A DNA stretch of 64,000 nucleotides from Eledone cirrhosa. Lineage: Eukaryota. Positions 26,200-39,413 of this stretch are shown piece by piece (the stretch's first letter is position 1; the number at the start of each line of letters is the position of its first letter). The position numbers and the translations under genes are program-made. The DNA lies in contig OZ024759.1 in the NCBI GenBank assembly GCA_964016885.1, forward strand, positions 20,708,001-20,772,000, given 5' to 3'. A model generated the notes under the pieces. That model ran no database searches, was not told where the DNA came from, and saw only the letters and a list, made by a program, of their open reading frames with translations.

Positions 26200-27830
26200 G
26201 TACCACCATTCCACTGTAGCATAGTGGTAGCACTTCACCACCACACCATTCTACCACCATACCATTGTAGCGCAGTGCTAACACTTCTCCACTATACCAC
26301 CACACCATTCTACCACCATACCATTGTAGCACAGTGCTAACACTTCTCCACTATACCACCATACCATTGTAGCACAGTGCTAACACTTCTCCACTATACC
26401 ACCATACCATTCTACCACCATACCATTGTAGCGCAGTGCTAACACTTCTCCACTATACCACCATACCATTGTAGCACAGTGCTAACACTTCTCCACTATA
26501 CCACCATACCATTGTAGCACAGTGCTAACACTTCTCCAGTATACCACCATACCATTGTAGCACAGTGCTAACACTTCTCCCCTATACCGCCACACCATTC
26601 TACCACCATACCATTGTAGCGCAGTGCTAACACTTCTCCCCTATACCGCCACACCATTCTACCACCATACCATTGTAGCGCAGTGCTAACACTTCTCCAC
26701 TATACCACCACACCATTCTACCACCATACCATTGTAGCGCAGTGCTAACACTTCTCCCCTATACCGCCACACCATTCTACCACCATACCATTGTAGCGCA
26801 GTGCTAACACTTCTCCACTATACCACCACACCATTGTAGCGCAGTGCTAACACTTCTCCACTATACCACCATACCATTGTAGCACAGTGCTAACACTTCT
26901 CCACTATACCACCACACCATTCTACCACCATACCATTGTAGCGCAGTGCTAACACTTCACCACTATACCACCATACCATTGTAGCGCAGTGCTAACACTT
27001 CTCCACTATACCACCATACCATTGTAGCACAGTGCTAACACTTCTCCACTATACCACCACACCATTCTACCACCATACCATTGTAGCACAGTGCTAACAC
27101 TTCTCCACTATACCACCACACCATTCTACCACCATACCATTGTAGCACAGTGCTAACACTTCTCCACTATACCACCACACCATTCTACCACCATACCATT
27201 GTAGCACAGTGCTAACACTTCTCCACTATACCACCACACCATTGTAGCGCAGTGCTAACACTTCTCCACTATACCACCACACCATTCTACCACCATACCA
27301 TTGTAGCACAGTGCTAACACTTCTCCACTATACCGCCACACCATTCTACCACCATACCATTGTAGCGCAGTGCTAACACTTCTCCACTATACCACCACAC
27401 CATTCTACCACCATACCATTGTAGCACAGTGCTAACACTTCTCCACTATACCGCCACACCATTCTACCACCATACCATTGTAGCACAGTGCTAACACTTC
27501 TCCACTACACCACCACACCATTCTACCACCATACCATTGTAGCGCAGTGCTAACACTTCTCCACTATACCACCACACCATTGTAGCGCAGTGCTAACACT
27601 TCTCCACTATACCACCACACCATTGTAGCGCAGTGCTAACACTATACCACCATACCACCACACCATTGTAGCGCAGTGCTAACACTTCACCACTATACCA
27701 CCATACCACTGTAGCACAGTGCTAACACTTCTCCACTATACCACCACACCATTCTACCACCATACCATTGTAGCACAGTGCTAACACTTCTCCCCTATAC
27801 CGCCACACCATTCTACCACCATACCATTTT
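26200..27830 (+). repeat. 43/59-bp dimorphic minisatellite (ACCATTGTAGCRCAGTGCTAACACTTCTCCACTATACC...)
   Basis: CAGTGCTA at 26273, 26332 (+59) and 26375 (+43); units differ by a 16-bp module. Confidence 0.95.
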
Positions 27831-27989
27831 ACCATCATACTATTGTAGCACAGAGGTACTACAATATCAGACTGCCCCACACCATCACACCATCACTCTA
27901 CCACCACACACTGAACCACCACACCACACTACCACTAAATCGCCACACCACCATTATCATCACACCATCATACCCTACACCACTATACC

Positions 27990-28548
27990 ACTACACTACT
28001 GAACCACTAGCACACCATAGCACTATCATACCACTGTACTACCATACCACTGTACCACCTTCATAACACTATCCCACCATACCACTTCACCACCATACCA
28101 TTGTACCACTGTACAACCGTACCACTACACCTCCATACCACTTCACCACCATACCACTACACCACCATACCACTGCACCACCATGCCATTGTACCACCAT
28201 ACCACTACACCACCATGCCATTATGCTACCATACCACTGTACCACCATACCACTGCACCACCATACCACCATACCACTGTACCCTCATACCACTACACCA
28301 CCATACCACTACACCACCATACCACTGTACTACCATACCACTACACCACCATACCACTGTACTACCCTACCACTACACCACCATACCACTGTACTACCAT
28401 ACCACTACACCACCATGCCACTACACCACCATACCACTACACCACCATACCACTACTACCATACCACTACACCACCTTACCACTGTACTACCATACCACT
28501 ACACCACCTTACCACTACACCATACCACCCTTCCACCGTACCACTACA
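27990..28548 (+). repeat. ~16-bp minisatellite (CCATACCACTACACCA / CCATACCACTGTACCA)
   Basis: Direct inspection. Confidence 0.85.
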
Positions 28549-28752
28549 TGGCCTCCCAGTACTTCCACTGATCAATACATGGAGAGTGGTTCAGTTTACA
28601 TGACTGATTGATTGATTTGAGGTCTTTGTAGGTCAATGGATCGACACACTCATGTCTGTGTATATATATATACATATACATATATATATACATACATACA
28701 TGTATGTGTGTGTGTATATAATTATATATATATACATACATGTATGTGTGTG

Positions 28753-28799
<47 letters not shown>

Positions 28800-28842
28800 G
28801 TGTGTGTATATAAATATATATATATATATATATACACACACT

Positions 28843-29007
28843 TCAACAGAACTCCAATAAAAGTGTGTATACATTTTTGGCGACACCCTGTATATATATA
28901 TATATATATGTGTGTGTATATCTAGCTATCTATTTATCTATCTATCTGTATATACAGACATATACAGGGTGTCCCCCCCCCCCCACAAAAAAAAAATGTA
29001 TGCACAC
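28843..29007. mobile_element. Two Tc1/mariner-like terminal fragments back-to-back around a TA microsatellite
   Basis: ...GACACCCTG-TA and TA-CAGGGTGTC..., with ~50-bp diverged inverted arms. Confidence 0.5.
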
Positions 29008-29225
29008 TTTTATTAGAATGCTGTTGATATATATATATACTTGTGTATATATAAATATATAATTATACATACACACACAAATTGTTCCACGTCACTTTCT
29101 CTCTGTATATAGGACGATGGTGTATATAGTTCGATGGCGTGATAGATATAGATAGATAAGTAGACAGATCAATAAATTGATTATTCTATTGGTCAACTTA
29201 TCGTTCCATGGATATATATATATAC

Positions 29226-29265
<40 letters not shown>

Positions 29266-29704
29266 ATTGGTGGTCTGAAATAGTGGTGTGTATATGAACC
29301 TATGCATAGTATATTTGGCAATATACCGTATGTTTAATTAAAACATTTTGAAGACCTTACGCTATCATTTTAAAGTAGTCACTATGTCACTTACTTCTTT
29401 TCGGCGAAAAAAGGCAGAGAAGCTGACAGTCTGTTTCATGCTGTTTGGCAATCTTCAGAGCTACGGACTCCCCTCCTCCGCCTAAAATTATAGAAGCTGG
29501 ATTCTTATAGAATTCCAGTAATAATCAGGAGCTGATTATACAGAGCGATTGCCGGTCCAGCAAAAATTAAGTATTAGAGGATTGGTGCTCTATACATACA
29601 TCCATGTATACATGGCTATTTCAGAGCACCAATCCTAATACTTCCCACGGGTACAAGCTGAAGCATATAGACAGTATGCCACCCACTACCCCCCCCCCTT
29701 CCCC

Positions 29705-29992
29705 GCCCACACTGTAAAGTGGTCGTGAAGGTGTAACGACAAAAAAAAAGCACCCAGTACTCATTGTAAAGTGGTTGTGTAGGCGCCACGATAAAAAAAA
29801 CACTCAGTACTTACTCATTGTAAATGAGGTTGGTAGTGTTAGGAAGGGCATCCAGTTGTAGAAATCAAGCCAAAATTAGTTCTGTATGAGCAAGTCATGG
29901 TCACTTGACCTGGCATTGCCCACAACAGGACAACCCGTCTAACCCATACTAGCGTGGAAGAATGGACGTAAAACGGTGATGATGATGATGAT
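29705..29992 (+). mobile_element. 5'-truncated SINE family 2-related copy
   Basis: CACTGTAAAGTGG modules, TTAGGAAGGGCATCCAG, and a GGACGTAAAACGGTGATGATG tail. Confidence 0.7.
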
Positions 29993-30030
29993 ATATTCAT
30001 TCTAGTAAGGTTGCATAGTGAGTCTTGTTA

Positions 30031-30084
<54 letters not shown>

Positions 30085-30174
30085 GGTGTTCGATGCTTAA
30101 AGCATCTGTATGCGGCAGGCCGTTTGAGCACTCGAGGCTCTCATAGAGCAGAGTATGATATCACAGAAAAAAGA

Positions 30175-30362
30175 GAGAATCAGTGTTGCGACGAATGGAA
30201 TTTATTGGACATATTACAATCGTTTCTCTGGCGACCACCTCGAGGCACGATCGATGTGATGATCGAACCTGACACTGAAAATCGCAGGAAAATCTGCTTC
30301 GTAGAATCAAGACGTATCTGAGGACCTTGCGATTTTCAGAGTCAGGTTCGATCATCACATCT
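30175..30362. mobile_element. PLE family C fragment: split hammerhead halves in inverted orientation
   Basis: Homologous to 37780-37904. The 3' half GAAAC-GATT-GTA-ATATGT is on the minus strand (30226-30209); the 5' half ACGTAT-CTGAGGA is on the plus strand (30312-30324). Confidence 0.6.
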
Positions 30363-30369
30363 GTTGTAT

Positions 30370-31222
30370 TTTTCAAGAATGCCTTGTTAATGTGGTTTCA
30401 TGTTGTATTAGAGAGTAAAGACTTAAATTTCTAATATGATACAGTCACAGTGTCGTTCAGTAGTTTTCAAGAATGTCTTGTTAATGTGGTTTCATGTGGT
30501 ATTAGAGAGTAAAGACTTAAATTTCTAATATGATACAGTCACAGTGTCATTCAGTAGTTTTCAAGAATGTCTTGTTAATGTGGTTTCATGTGGTATTAGA
30601 GAGTAAAGACTTAAATTTCTAATATGATACAGTCACAGTGTCGTTCAGTAGTTTTCAAGAATGTCTTGTTAATGTGGTTTCATGTGGTATTAGAGAGTAA
30701 AGACTTAAATTTCTAATATGATACAGTCACAGTGTCGTTCAGTAGTTTTCAAGAATGTCTTGTTAATGTGGTTTCATGTGGTATTAGAGAGTAAAGACTT
30801 AAATTTCTAATATGATACAGTCACAGTGTCGTTCAGTAGTTTTCAAGAATGTCTTGTTAATGTGGTTTCATGTGGTATTAGAGAGTAAAGACTTAAATTT
30901 CTAATATGATACAGTCACAGTGTCGTTCAGTAGTTTTCAAGAATGTTTTCCTAATGTAGTTTCATGTGGTATTAGAGAATAAAGACTTAAGTTTTTAATG
31001 TGTCCTTTGCTAGTTTTCAAGAATATCTTGCTAATGTGGTTTCATGTGGCATTAAAGTAAAAACTTTATTTCTAACGAGATGCAGTCATAGTGTTGTTTT
31101 GTAATTTTCAAAAATGTCTTGCTAATGTGGTTTCATGTGGTATCAGAGTAAAGATTTCAACGTGTAATGTGAAGCAGTCATAATACGTTTGGTAGTTTTC
31201 AAGAATGACTTGTTATTGTGGT
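30370..31222 (+). repeat. 94-bp tandem repeat (6 near-identical + ~3 degenerate copies)
   Basis: CAAGAAT at 30374, 30468, 30562, 30656, 30750, 30844 and 30938, then diverged. Confidence 0.95.
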
Positions 31223-31253
31223 GTTTTTCAGTGTCAGATTTTAACAGCAGTGA

Positions 31254-31325
31254 AAAACGATCTTGATGAATTTTGGTCAGGATATAAATATATATATACT
31301 GACCAAAATTCACCAAGATCGTTTT
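31254..31325. repeat. Palindrome centred on (TA)n
   Basis: AAAACGATCTTGATGAATTTTGGTCAG..(TA)..CTGACCAAAATTCACCAAGATCGTTTT. Confidence 0.9.
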
Positions 31326-31404
31326 ATATATATATATATATATAAATATATTTATTTATTTATATTTATATATATATATTTTTTTATTTATATATATATA
31401 TATT

Positions 31405-31443
<39 letters not shown>

Positions 31444-31604
31444 ATATTTATTTATATATATATATATATTTATTTATATATATATATATTTATTTATATA
31501 TATATATATTTATTTATATATATATTTATTTATATATATATATATTTATTTATATATATATATATTTATTTATATATATATATATATATTTATTTATATA
31601 TATA

Positions 31605-31635
<31 letters not shown>

Positions 31636-31680
31636 TTATTTATATATATTTATATATATATATTTATTTATATATATATG

Positions 31681-31711
<31 letters not shown>

Positions 31712-32646
31712 GTGTGTATATATATATGAGTTTGGTGAAGCAATGATGAATGGATATAGATCCTTCGTCTAATGACGACTGACGTGTGTATATATGTGTG
31801 TTTATGTGTGTGAAGTTTACATAACCGAATTGATTGTTATCGAATGATGGACGCAAAGAAAAAGTAAAATAAAATGAAAACAGTTCAATTGACTCTTGAT
31901 GAAAAATATATTTCTCTAATACTACATATATATAAATATATATGTATATATATATATATATGTGTGTGTATGCATATATATATATGTATGTATGTGTATA
32001 TATATGTATATATATATGTGTGTGTATGTGTATGTATGTATTTATATGTATGTATATGTGTATATATAATGTATATATGTATGTGTGTGTATGTATTATG
32101 TATTTATATGTATGTATATGTGTATATATAATGTATATATGTATGTGTACACATATATATATGTGTGTATATGTATGTATATATATATATGCGTATATGT
32201 ATGTATATATATATATATATTTGTGTGCGTGTTTGTGTATGTTTATATATGTATAAATATATGTATGTAAATGCGTATATATATATGTGTATGTATATAT
32301 ATGTGTATGTATATACATGTATGTATATGCGAGTGTGTGTATGTATATATATGTGTATATGTATGAATAATTGTGATGTATAATTCAAAGTAATTCTAAA
32401 TTTTCATTCGTTTGTTTGCTTCCTTGGTTTCTTTTTTAAAATTCTATTCATGTATTAATTATAATTATCGGCATCGATTATTAAATATAATTAACGTAGT
32501 TTTGTAGTACGTGGGTAGAGAGAGAGAGAGAGGGGGGGTTAGAGTGTGAGGGACAGAGAGAGAGAGAGCAGAGCAGATAATTTAATCACGTTAGGGAAGA
32601 GATAGCTCTCTCTCTCTCCCTCTCTCTATTGCCTGAATGTATATAG

Positions 32647-32700
<54 letters not shown>

Positions 32701-32745
32701 ATATATGTATGTGAGTATAGATTTTTATATGTGTACTGTATATAT

Positions 32746-32832
<87 letters not shown>

Positions 32833-32948
32833 TGTAGGTGTATAAATTTGGCGGGGGCGGTTCATTCCATGTTGCCTCTCAAATCTGGAAGTGAATGCTT
32901 AAGTGATTCTCGTTTCCTTTTTTTATAAAAAAAAACGATTGTTTATAC

Positions 32949-32998
<50 letters not shown>

Positions 32999-33089
32999 GT
33001 ATCAACAACGAAATATATATATATATATATGACGTATATGTGTATACAATATATATAAAACATATATATGTATATATGTCGGTGTACAA

Positions 33090-33140
<51 letters not shown>

Positions 33141-33197
33141 CGTATATGTGTATACAATATATATAAAACATATATGTGTATATATGTCGGTGTACAA

Positions 33198-33235
<38 letters not shown>

Positions 33236-33728
33236 CAATGCATATATATATATAATATATATTTATGTATATGTGTACCATGTAAGTATAGCTACACACA
33301 CACACACACATATATATAGACAAAACAACAACAAATACAATACACAAAACAATAACACCAGCGAAATTACGAGTAGGGGAGCTGAGATAGTAAAAATACT
33401 TTAATATTTTCAGATCCTATGTTTTACGGCTAACATCTCCTGTTTACGTTACTGTGTAACAAAACAGCCTCCAGATAAAAGACTGCACTTTTTAAAGTGT
33501 GTCTCTTCTCTACAGTTTCCCAGGAGATGTGAGATTAATGCAACAGAGGATCTACCAAAAGATGCATTTGAGTGTGTGTGTATGTATGTGTGATTATTTG
33601 ATACTGAAGTATTTCGGAAGCCCCTAATATATATATATATATATATGCATAGTATGTATATGTACTTATATACACACACACGTACAAAAATTCATGCATA
33701 CAAGTTTGTGTATGTGTGTGTATTTATG

Positions 33729-33786
<58 letters not shown>

Positions 33787-33790
33787 TGTG

Positions 33791-33821
<31 letters not shown>

Positions 33822-34034
33822 GCGTGTGTGTGTGTGTATATATATATATATGCGTGTGTATGTGTGTATATATATATATTTATATATATATATTTATATA
33901 TATATATGTGTATATATATATATTTATATATATATATGTGTCTATATATATATGTATGTGTGTATATATATATATTTATATATATATATATATATGTGCG
34001 TATATATATATATTTATATATATATATGCGTGTG

Positions 34035-34084
<50 letters not shown>

Positions 34085-34295
34085 TGTGTATGTGTGTATA
34101 TATATATATGCATATATATATATATGCGTGTGTATATATGTATGTATATGTGTGTGTATGTATATATATGCATATATATATATATGTATATGCGTGTGTA
34201 TATATATATTTATATATATGCACGTACACGTACATATGCGAGTGTGTGTGTGTGTATGTATGTAGGTAGGTAGGTAGGTAGGTAGGTAGGTAGGA
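31326..34295. repeat. Region dominated by (TA)n, (TATT)n, (TATG)n and (GA)n microsatellites
   Basis: Direct inspection; short unique spacers between the tracts. Confidence 0.85.
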
Positions 34296-34599
34296 GAGAC
34301 AACCAGAAATATATTCAAACCATGAAGAAGTATACGATATATTGTTGGAAGATATTGCTGTCTAATTTAACCACTATAAAAATGCATGTTGTAAGAGCAA
34401 AGTGCAAAAACATCAATTTAAGAAAGACGTGAGCGTGGTTATAAAGTGGATGCGGTTACCTTGGACTACAGAGGAATCCTATTTTTAAACTAGTAGACTA
34501 CGTGCTGTCAATAATGACAGTAAAAGCATTGAATGTATTTGATTTGGGGGCTTCAAGACTGGTATGCCATATTTACCAGGGTTAATGTATACATGAACA

Positions 34600-34800
34600 G
34601 TAATTGTTTCTACTTTTGGGCACAAGGCCAGCAATTAACCCCAGTGCATTACTGGTACTTTATTTTATCGACCCCCCCCCCCGTAAGGATGAAAGGCAAA
34701 GTTACCCTCGGCGGGATTTGAGCTCAGACCGTAAAGGGCCGTAACTCTATGGTGAAAAGCATGGCGTCTGATCCTCTACTGATACTGCCAATCCACCACC

Positions 34801-34801
<1 letters not shown>
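34600..34801 (-). mobile_element. SINE family 1 copy
   Basis: Reverse complement of the family 1 core. Confidence 0.85.
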
Positions 34802-34831
<30 letters not shown>

Positions 34832-34834
<3 letters not shown>

Positions 34835-35020
34835 CGAGTAGGACCCCGACGGCTGAGCTCAAGCCATTTCGACGGCTAATTTTAGTCCAGAATTAGCCGT
34901 CGAAACGGCTTGAGCTCAGTCGTCGGGGTCCTACTCGTTCCTATTACCCACTCTACTACCCTAAGTATTGAGTACTTTGGTGCGTTAGGGTCCACCTGGT
35001 TCATTACCACATTTCCTTCG
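34832..35020 (+). mobile_element. PLE-like fragment (family D) beginning with a 109-bp GC-rich palindrome
   Basis: 34832-34940 is self-complementary and contains GTC-GAAAC-GGC. A homologous copy lies at 37465-37590 on the minus strand. Confidence 0.6.
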
Positions 35021-35447
35021 TTATATATATATATATATATATATATAAACAATAACGTAAATTGGGAAGTTTATGTTTTGATAAATTAATGGTTTGCTGA
35101 AGAGAAACCTATAGTTTATGTTGATTACAGACGTGTAGAAATGATTAAAGATAAGACTGATATTTCGGTAATTTATTTCTAGGATATAATTATATAAATG
35201 TTCAGTACAAATGATATACGGGATTAAATGTATGAGCAACTTTACAGGGACAAATGTAGGGTTAGAACTCATGATTGGAAAATGAATTTCTTATTGTAGC
35301 AACAAGACTGAGATAAGAAAGGTATTGTATGTAAGTATGTATGTGTAAATTGTCAAGTTACAGACATATACATACATACATACATATACATACATACATG
35401 CATATATGCATGCATACATACATACATACATATACATACATACATAC

Positions 35448-35797
35448 ATGGTGGCTGCCAACTCGTTTTCGAGTACGGCCACTACCTTATATCCATGTAG
35501 GAGAACCCCTGCCGATGCGCTGAACGAGTGTGACTTTTTAGTCCAGCCAGCGACTTGAAAACTCTGGTACAAACACTGCACTTGTGACAATTATTGACAC
35601 ATAGTGCTGGGCCCATGGTACCATGTGACGACAAGTGCAGCTCTCTCCAGATATAAAGCGATGCCCGTGCCGTGAAGCTTTTATAGTGAGCAAAGGCACT
35701 GCACAAAGCCAGTCCCACTCTCTTAACCAAGATGATATTTACCAAAAAGAAGAACAAGTCAACATCATTGGATACCATCAGAGTTGTAGGTGTTATA
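35448..35797 (-). mobile_element. Second copy of the RTE-derived non-autonomous element
   Basis: Matches 22207-22451 with an additional ~110-bp internal segment; flanked by (TACA)n on both sides. Confidence 0.7.
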
Positions 35798-35820
35798 TCA
35801 TACATACATACATACATACA

Positions 35821-35853
<33 letters not shown>

Positions 35854-36325
35854 CTAGGGCGGGTAAAATTCCCGAGATCGATGTACGAGTTCTCTCCAGC
35901 GATCTCTGTCCCTCATCATCGCTGCCATGTCCTGCGTCTTCAAGAGACCAGTGTCTGTCCTTAGGGCATCAACATATGTCGGACCTTCGTAAAGACCTGA
36001 AGATCCGTCTCTTCGTTGCTGTAGTGGAGTCTGTGCTGCTGTACGGGCCTGAGACTTGGACACTGACCAAGAAACTCACTCACATGGTGGATGGGTGCTA
36101 CACGAGAATGCTGAGGATGGCTCTGAACATTAATCGGTATACACTGAGGATGAAAAACTCAGAGCTGTACGGGAGCCTCCCAAAAGTCAGCTCGAAAGTA
36201 GCACAGAGGAGACTGGGGTTAGCTGGACATGCTCACCGACATCCAGAGTTGACACTGCACTCAGTGCTCCTGTGGGGGCCCCTGCATTGGCACACTGGAA
36301 GAGGGGGACCGAGGTTGACATATGT

Positions 36326-36329
<4 letters not shown>
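35854..36329 (-). mobile_element. 5'-inverted RTE/RTE-X LINE 3' end
   Basis: Minus 35854-35983 encodes TYVDALRTDTGL...RDRWRELVHRSREFYPP* followed by a (TATG)n tail. Plus 35984-36329 encodes the upstream KIRLFVAVVESVLLYGPETWTLT...LAGHAHR...RLTYVD. Confidence 0.85.
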
Positions 36330-36359
<30 letters not shown>

Positions 36360-36360
<1 letters not shown>

Positions 36361-36570
36361 GACAGTCGATCGACTTTCGTCAAATCGGACCGAGGAAACA
36401 ATGTTTCCGTTGGTCTCTCCTATTGCTAATACTATCTATCGGTTGCAACGCCAGGTAGAAGGAGCAATGTGAAGTAAAGTGTCTTGCTCAAGACATAAGG
36501 CATCGCCCGGTTCAGGAATTGAACTCACAACCTCACAATTGTGAATCCTCTTACGACTCAACCACGCGCC
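36360..36570 (-). mobile_element. tRNA-derived SINE family 3
   Basis: Homologous to 18991-19195. Confidence 0.85.
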
Positions 36571-36571
36571 A

Positions 36572-36616
<45 letters not shown>

Positions 36617-36753
36617 ATACACACACGCGTGTGTGTGTATATGTATGCAAAAAGTAAACGGAAGCAGGAAACCAAAGACCACATCAAATTGAAGATATAT
36701 GTGTGTACATACATACACACACACACACACACACATACACACACACACACACA

Positions 36754-36785
<32 letters not shown>

Positions 36786-37114
36786 TACACACATACATAC
36801 ATACATACATACATACAAATACAAATGGCGTATTATTATAATTGATGGTAGAATCCCAGATTTCGGTTTTTCATTTAAAACGTTTTTTTTTTTTATTAGA
36901 AATTCAAGGACTTTTACTTATGTGAGAGATCGATAGATCGATAAATATATACTAAGAGATTAAGCGAAACATAATTTGTTTGCTGATAAGACGATGTCTT
37001 GCCGATAAACGTAATTTCCAGCTGCTAATTATATTTAGAAACTAATAAATACATTTAGTATTGGTAAACATAATTTGTTACTTGATAATTACATTTAGAA
37101 AGATTCTGATGCAG

Positions 37115-37460
37115 ATAGGAGGGTAGACAGATTAGTTGGGTGGTTGGTGGCTAGATAGATTGGTAGGGTGGTTGGTAGGTAGGGTGGTAGGTAGGTAGGG
37201 TGGTTGGTTGGTTGGTAGATAGATAGATAGGTTGGTAGGTAGGTTAGTAGGGTGGTTAGTTGGTTGGTTGGTAGATAGGTTGGTTGGTTGTTAGATTCGA
37301 AGGGTGGTTGGTTGATTGGTATGTAGGTAGGGTGGTAGGGTAGATGGTTGGTTGGATGGTTGGTAGATAGATTTGGAGGGTGGTTGGTTGCTATGTAAGT
37401 TGGTAGGTAGATTGGTTGGTTGATAGGGAAAGGGGTTGTTTGGTTGGCAGGTAGGGAGAG
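37115..37460. repeat. (GGTT/GGTA/GATA)n tetranucleotide repeat
   Basis: Direct inspection. Confidence 0.9.
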
Positions 37461-37700
37461 GTAAGGAACCAGGTGGACCACAACGGACCAGAGTACTCGA
37501 TCTTTAGGGTAGTAGAGTGGGAAAAGAGTCAGGACCCCGACGGCTGAGCTCCGGCCGTTTCGACAACTAGATCCGAACTAACCCAGCAGTATAGCTGTCT
37601 CTTTTCCTCTCTCTCTCTCTCCCCCCTCTCTCTCTCCCCCCCTCTCTCTCTCTCCCCTCTCTCTCTCCCCTCTCTCTCTCTCCCCTCTCTCTCTCTCCCC

Positions 37701-37762
<62 letters not shown>

Positions 37763-37812
37763 ATATTAAAGGGAACTAAAGAATCAGTGTTGCATCATTT
37801 CCATAATTAATA

Positions 37813-37904
37813 ACATATTACATATGTTTCACTGCCGATGAGCTCGAGGAACGATCGATTAATATTCGATCCTGACTCTAGTATCGGAAGCTCCTCAGAT
37901 ATGT
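37813..37904 (-). ncRNA. Type I hammerhead ribozyme (PLE-associated, family C)
   Basis: Minus strand: ACAUAU-CUGAGGA-[GCUUCCGAU..long stem II..AUCGGCAGU]-GAAAC-AUAU-GUA-AUAUGU. Perfect 6-bp stem I and palindromic short stem III. Confidence 0.75.
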
Positions 37905-37949
37905 GTTTTCATATGTAGACGCACATCCAAGTCACTTTCACCTCTACTA

Positions 37950-37993
<44 letters not shown>

Positions 37994-38583
37994 AGAGGAA
38001 ATAATAGACAAAAATGTACCTATTTTTTCTTCAATGTCCAGGCTGCAGTTTCGCCGATCCGTGTGCAACGTTTCTGCACTATAAAAATGCATCATCGCTG
38101 CGAGGCTGATACGGCTTATCAAGAGACCCCTCAGAAACAAAAGGACTTTCTTTCGTAGCAAGTGAGAATATTTCGAGGGGTGAGGGAGAAATTAACACAT
38201 GATACAGTGGTCACAGACGGGTAGTAAGGTGGACAGTGAGCGGATAACGTATTTGCTAGAAAAAGCAATTAGTACACTCCTGGGTTAATTCGACCATAGG
38301 GGAGTCTGGAACAATATAATAATTATTCATATATATATGCGTGTGTGGTGTCCGCCTTAACAAGTTTTGCTCGATGACCGAAATAGCTAAAATAATCAAA
38401 ATAATTAAAATAACTCAATAAGCAGAGCTATTTATTAAATTATAAAATATGAGGAAATAATAGACAAAAATGTACATATTTCTTCTTTAAAGTGTCCATA
38501 TATATATACGAAAAGTAGAAGTAAAACAACACATTACACTGTAGATATATATTAGTTTAACGCTTGATATAGTAGGAAAAGAG

Positions 38584-38619
38584 TCTTAACTTTTTGGACA
38601 CTAGTCCTTCATCAGAAGA
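38584..38619 (-). ncRNA. Degenerate minimal hammerhead motif (PLE-type)
   Basis: Minus strand TCTT-CTGATGA-AGGACTAGTGTCC-AAAA-AG-TT-AAGA. Stems I and II are intact; GAAAC is mutated. Confidence 0.5.
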
Positions 38620-38737
38620 TAGAATGAGAAGTAAAAGATATAGAAATATAGAGGAAGAGAAAACATGTTTCGCCCATATACTTAGAATAATTATTTGAAA
38701 TATATTTTGGTAGGAGGAAACTTAATAATATAAGTTT

Positions 38738-39033
38738 CTATTTATTTGCCACGAGGGCACAAATACAAGGGGGCGGGCGGGGAGTTTACATAAAGGAACG
38801 AGTAAAAAACAAATAACAAATATGAAATTAACAATACAGTCCTCAATAGGGAGGAGGAGGCGTTTTGGGGGTTACACACACCCCCAAAAAAGTGTGCAAC
38901 CCTTTTCCTTGGGAGCACAGAGAGGGGGTGCTCCTTTGCACTTCCACCTTTCCACCTACAGGCTGATAAAGAGAGAAGGCCCATTCACACGGGCCATTCT
39001 CGCTACTTTCACCCACCTTTCATAAAACTTGCT
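38738..39033 (-). mobile_element. Possible L1/Tx1-like LINE 3' end
   Basis: Minus strand SKFYERWVKVARMARVNGPSLFISL*, followed by a T-rich UTR and an AAATAAATA terminus. Confidence 0.4.
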
Positions 39034-39413
39034 GGGGTAGTAATATAGTTTGATGTTAAGAATGGAATATATATTCATGGTAGGAATCCAAATCCAGGGT
39101 TTTCTCACTCCTGTTTGAGGAACCCTTCCTTGGTTAAATTCAACCGCTTCTGTTTTGTTTTAGTCATATCTTCAGGGGTGTAGCCATACTGGCCTCGCTT
39201 GACCAATTGCAAGCTGGAGAGGTTATTTAACCCATAGTTGGGATGGAAGGCCGTTGACACGGAGGAGTCCATCCGCCCTTTAATAGCTCTGGGCTTTTTG
39301 TACGGTTGGTGTTCCACCTACTCTTTTAACCAGACAAGCGTCTGACGGGGTTGCTGGTTCATTTGCTGATCATTCGATCATGACGCAGCTTGTACTGGGT
39401 TCCATGGTACTGT

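Noticed and set aside
35790-36458. 222-aa ORF as a host gene
   Set aside because: An inverted RTE LINE fragment fused to microsatellite and SINE sequence.
36984-37015. Additional hammerhead-like motif CTGATAAGACGATGTC...
   Set aside because: The core is too degenerate and there is no convincing stem I.
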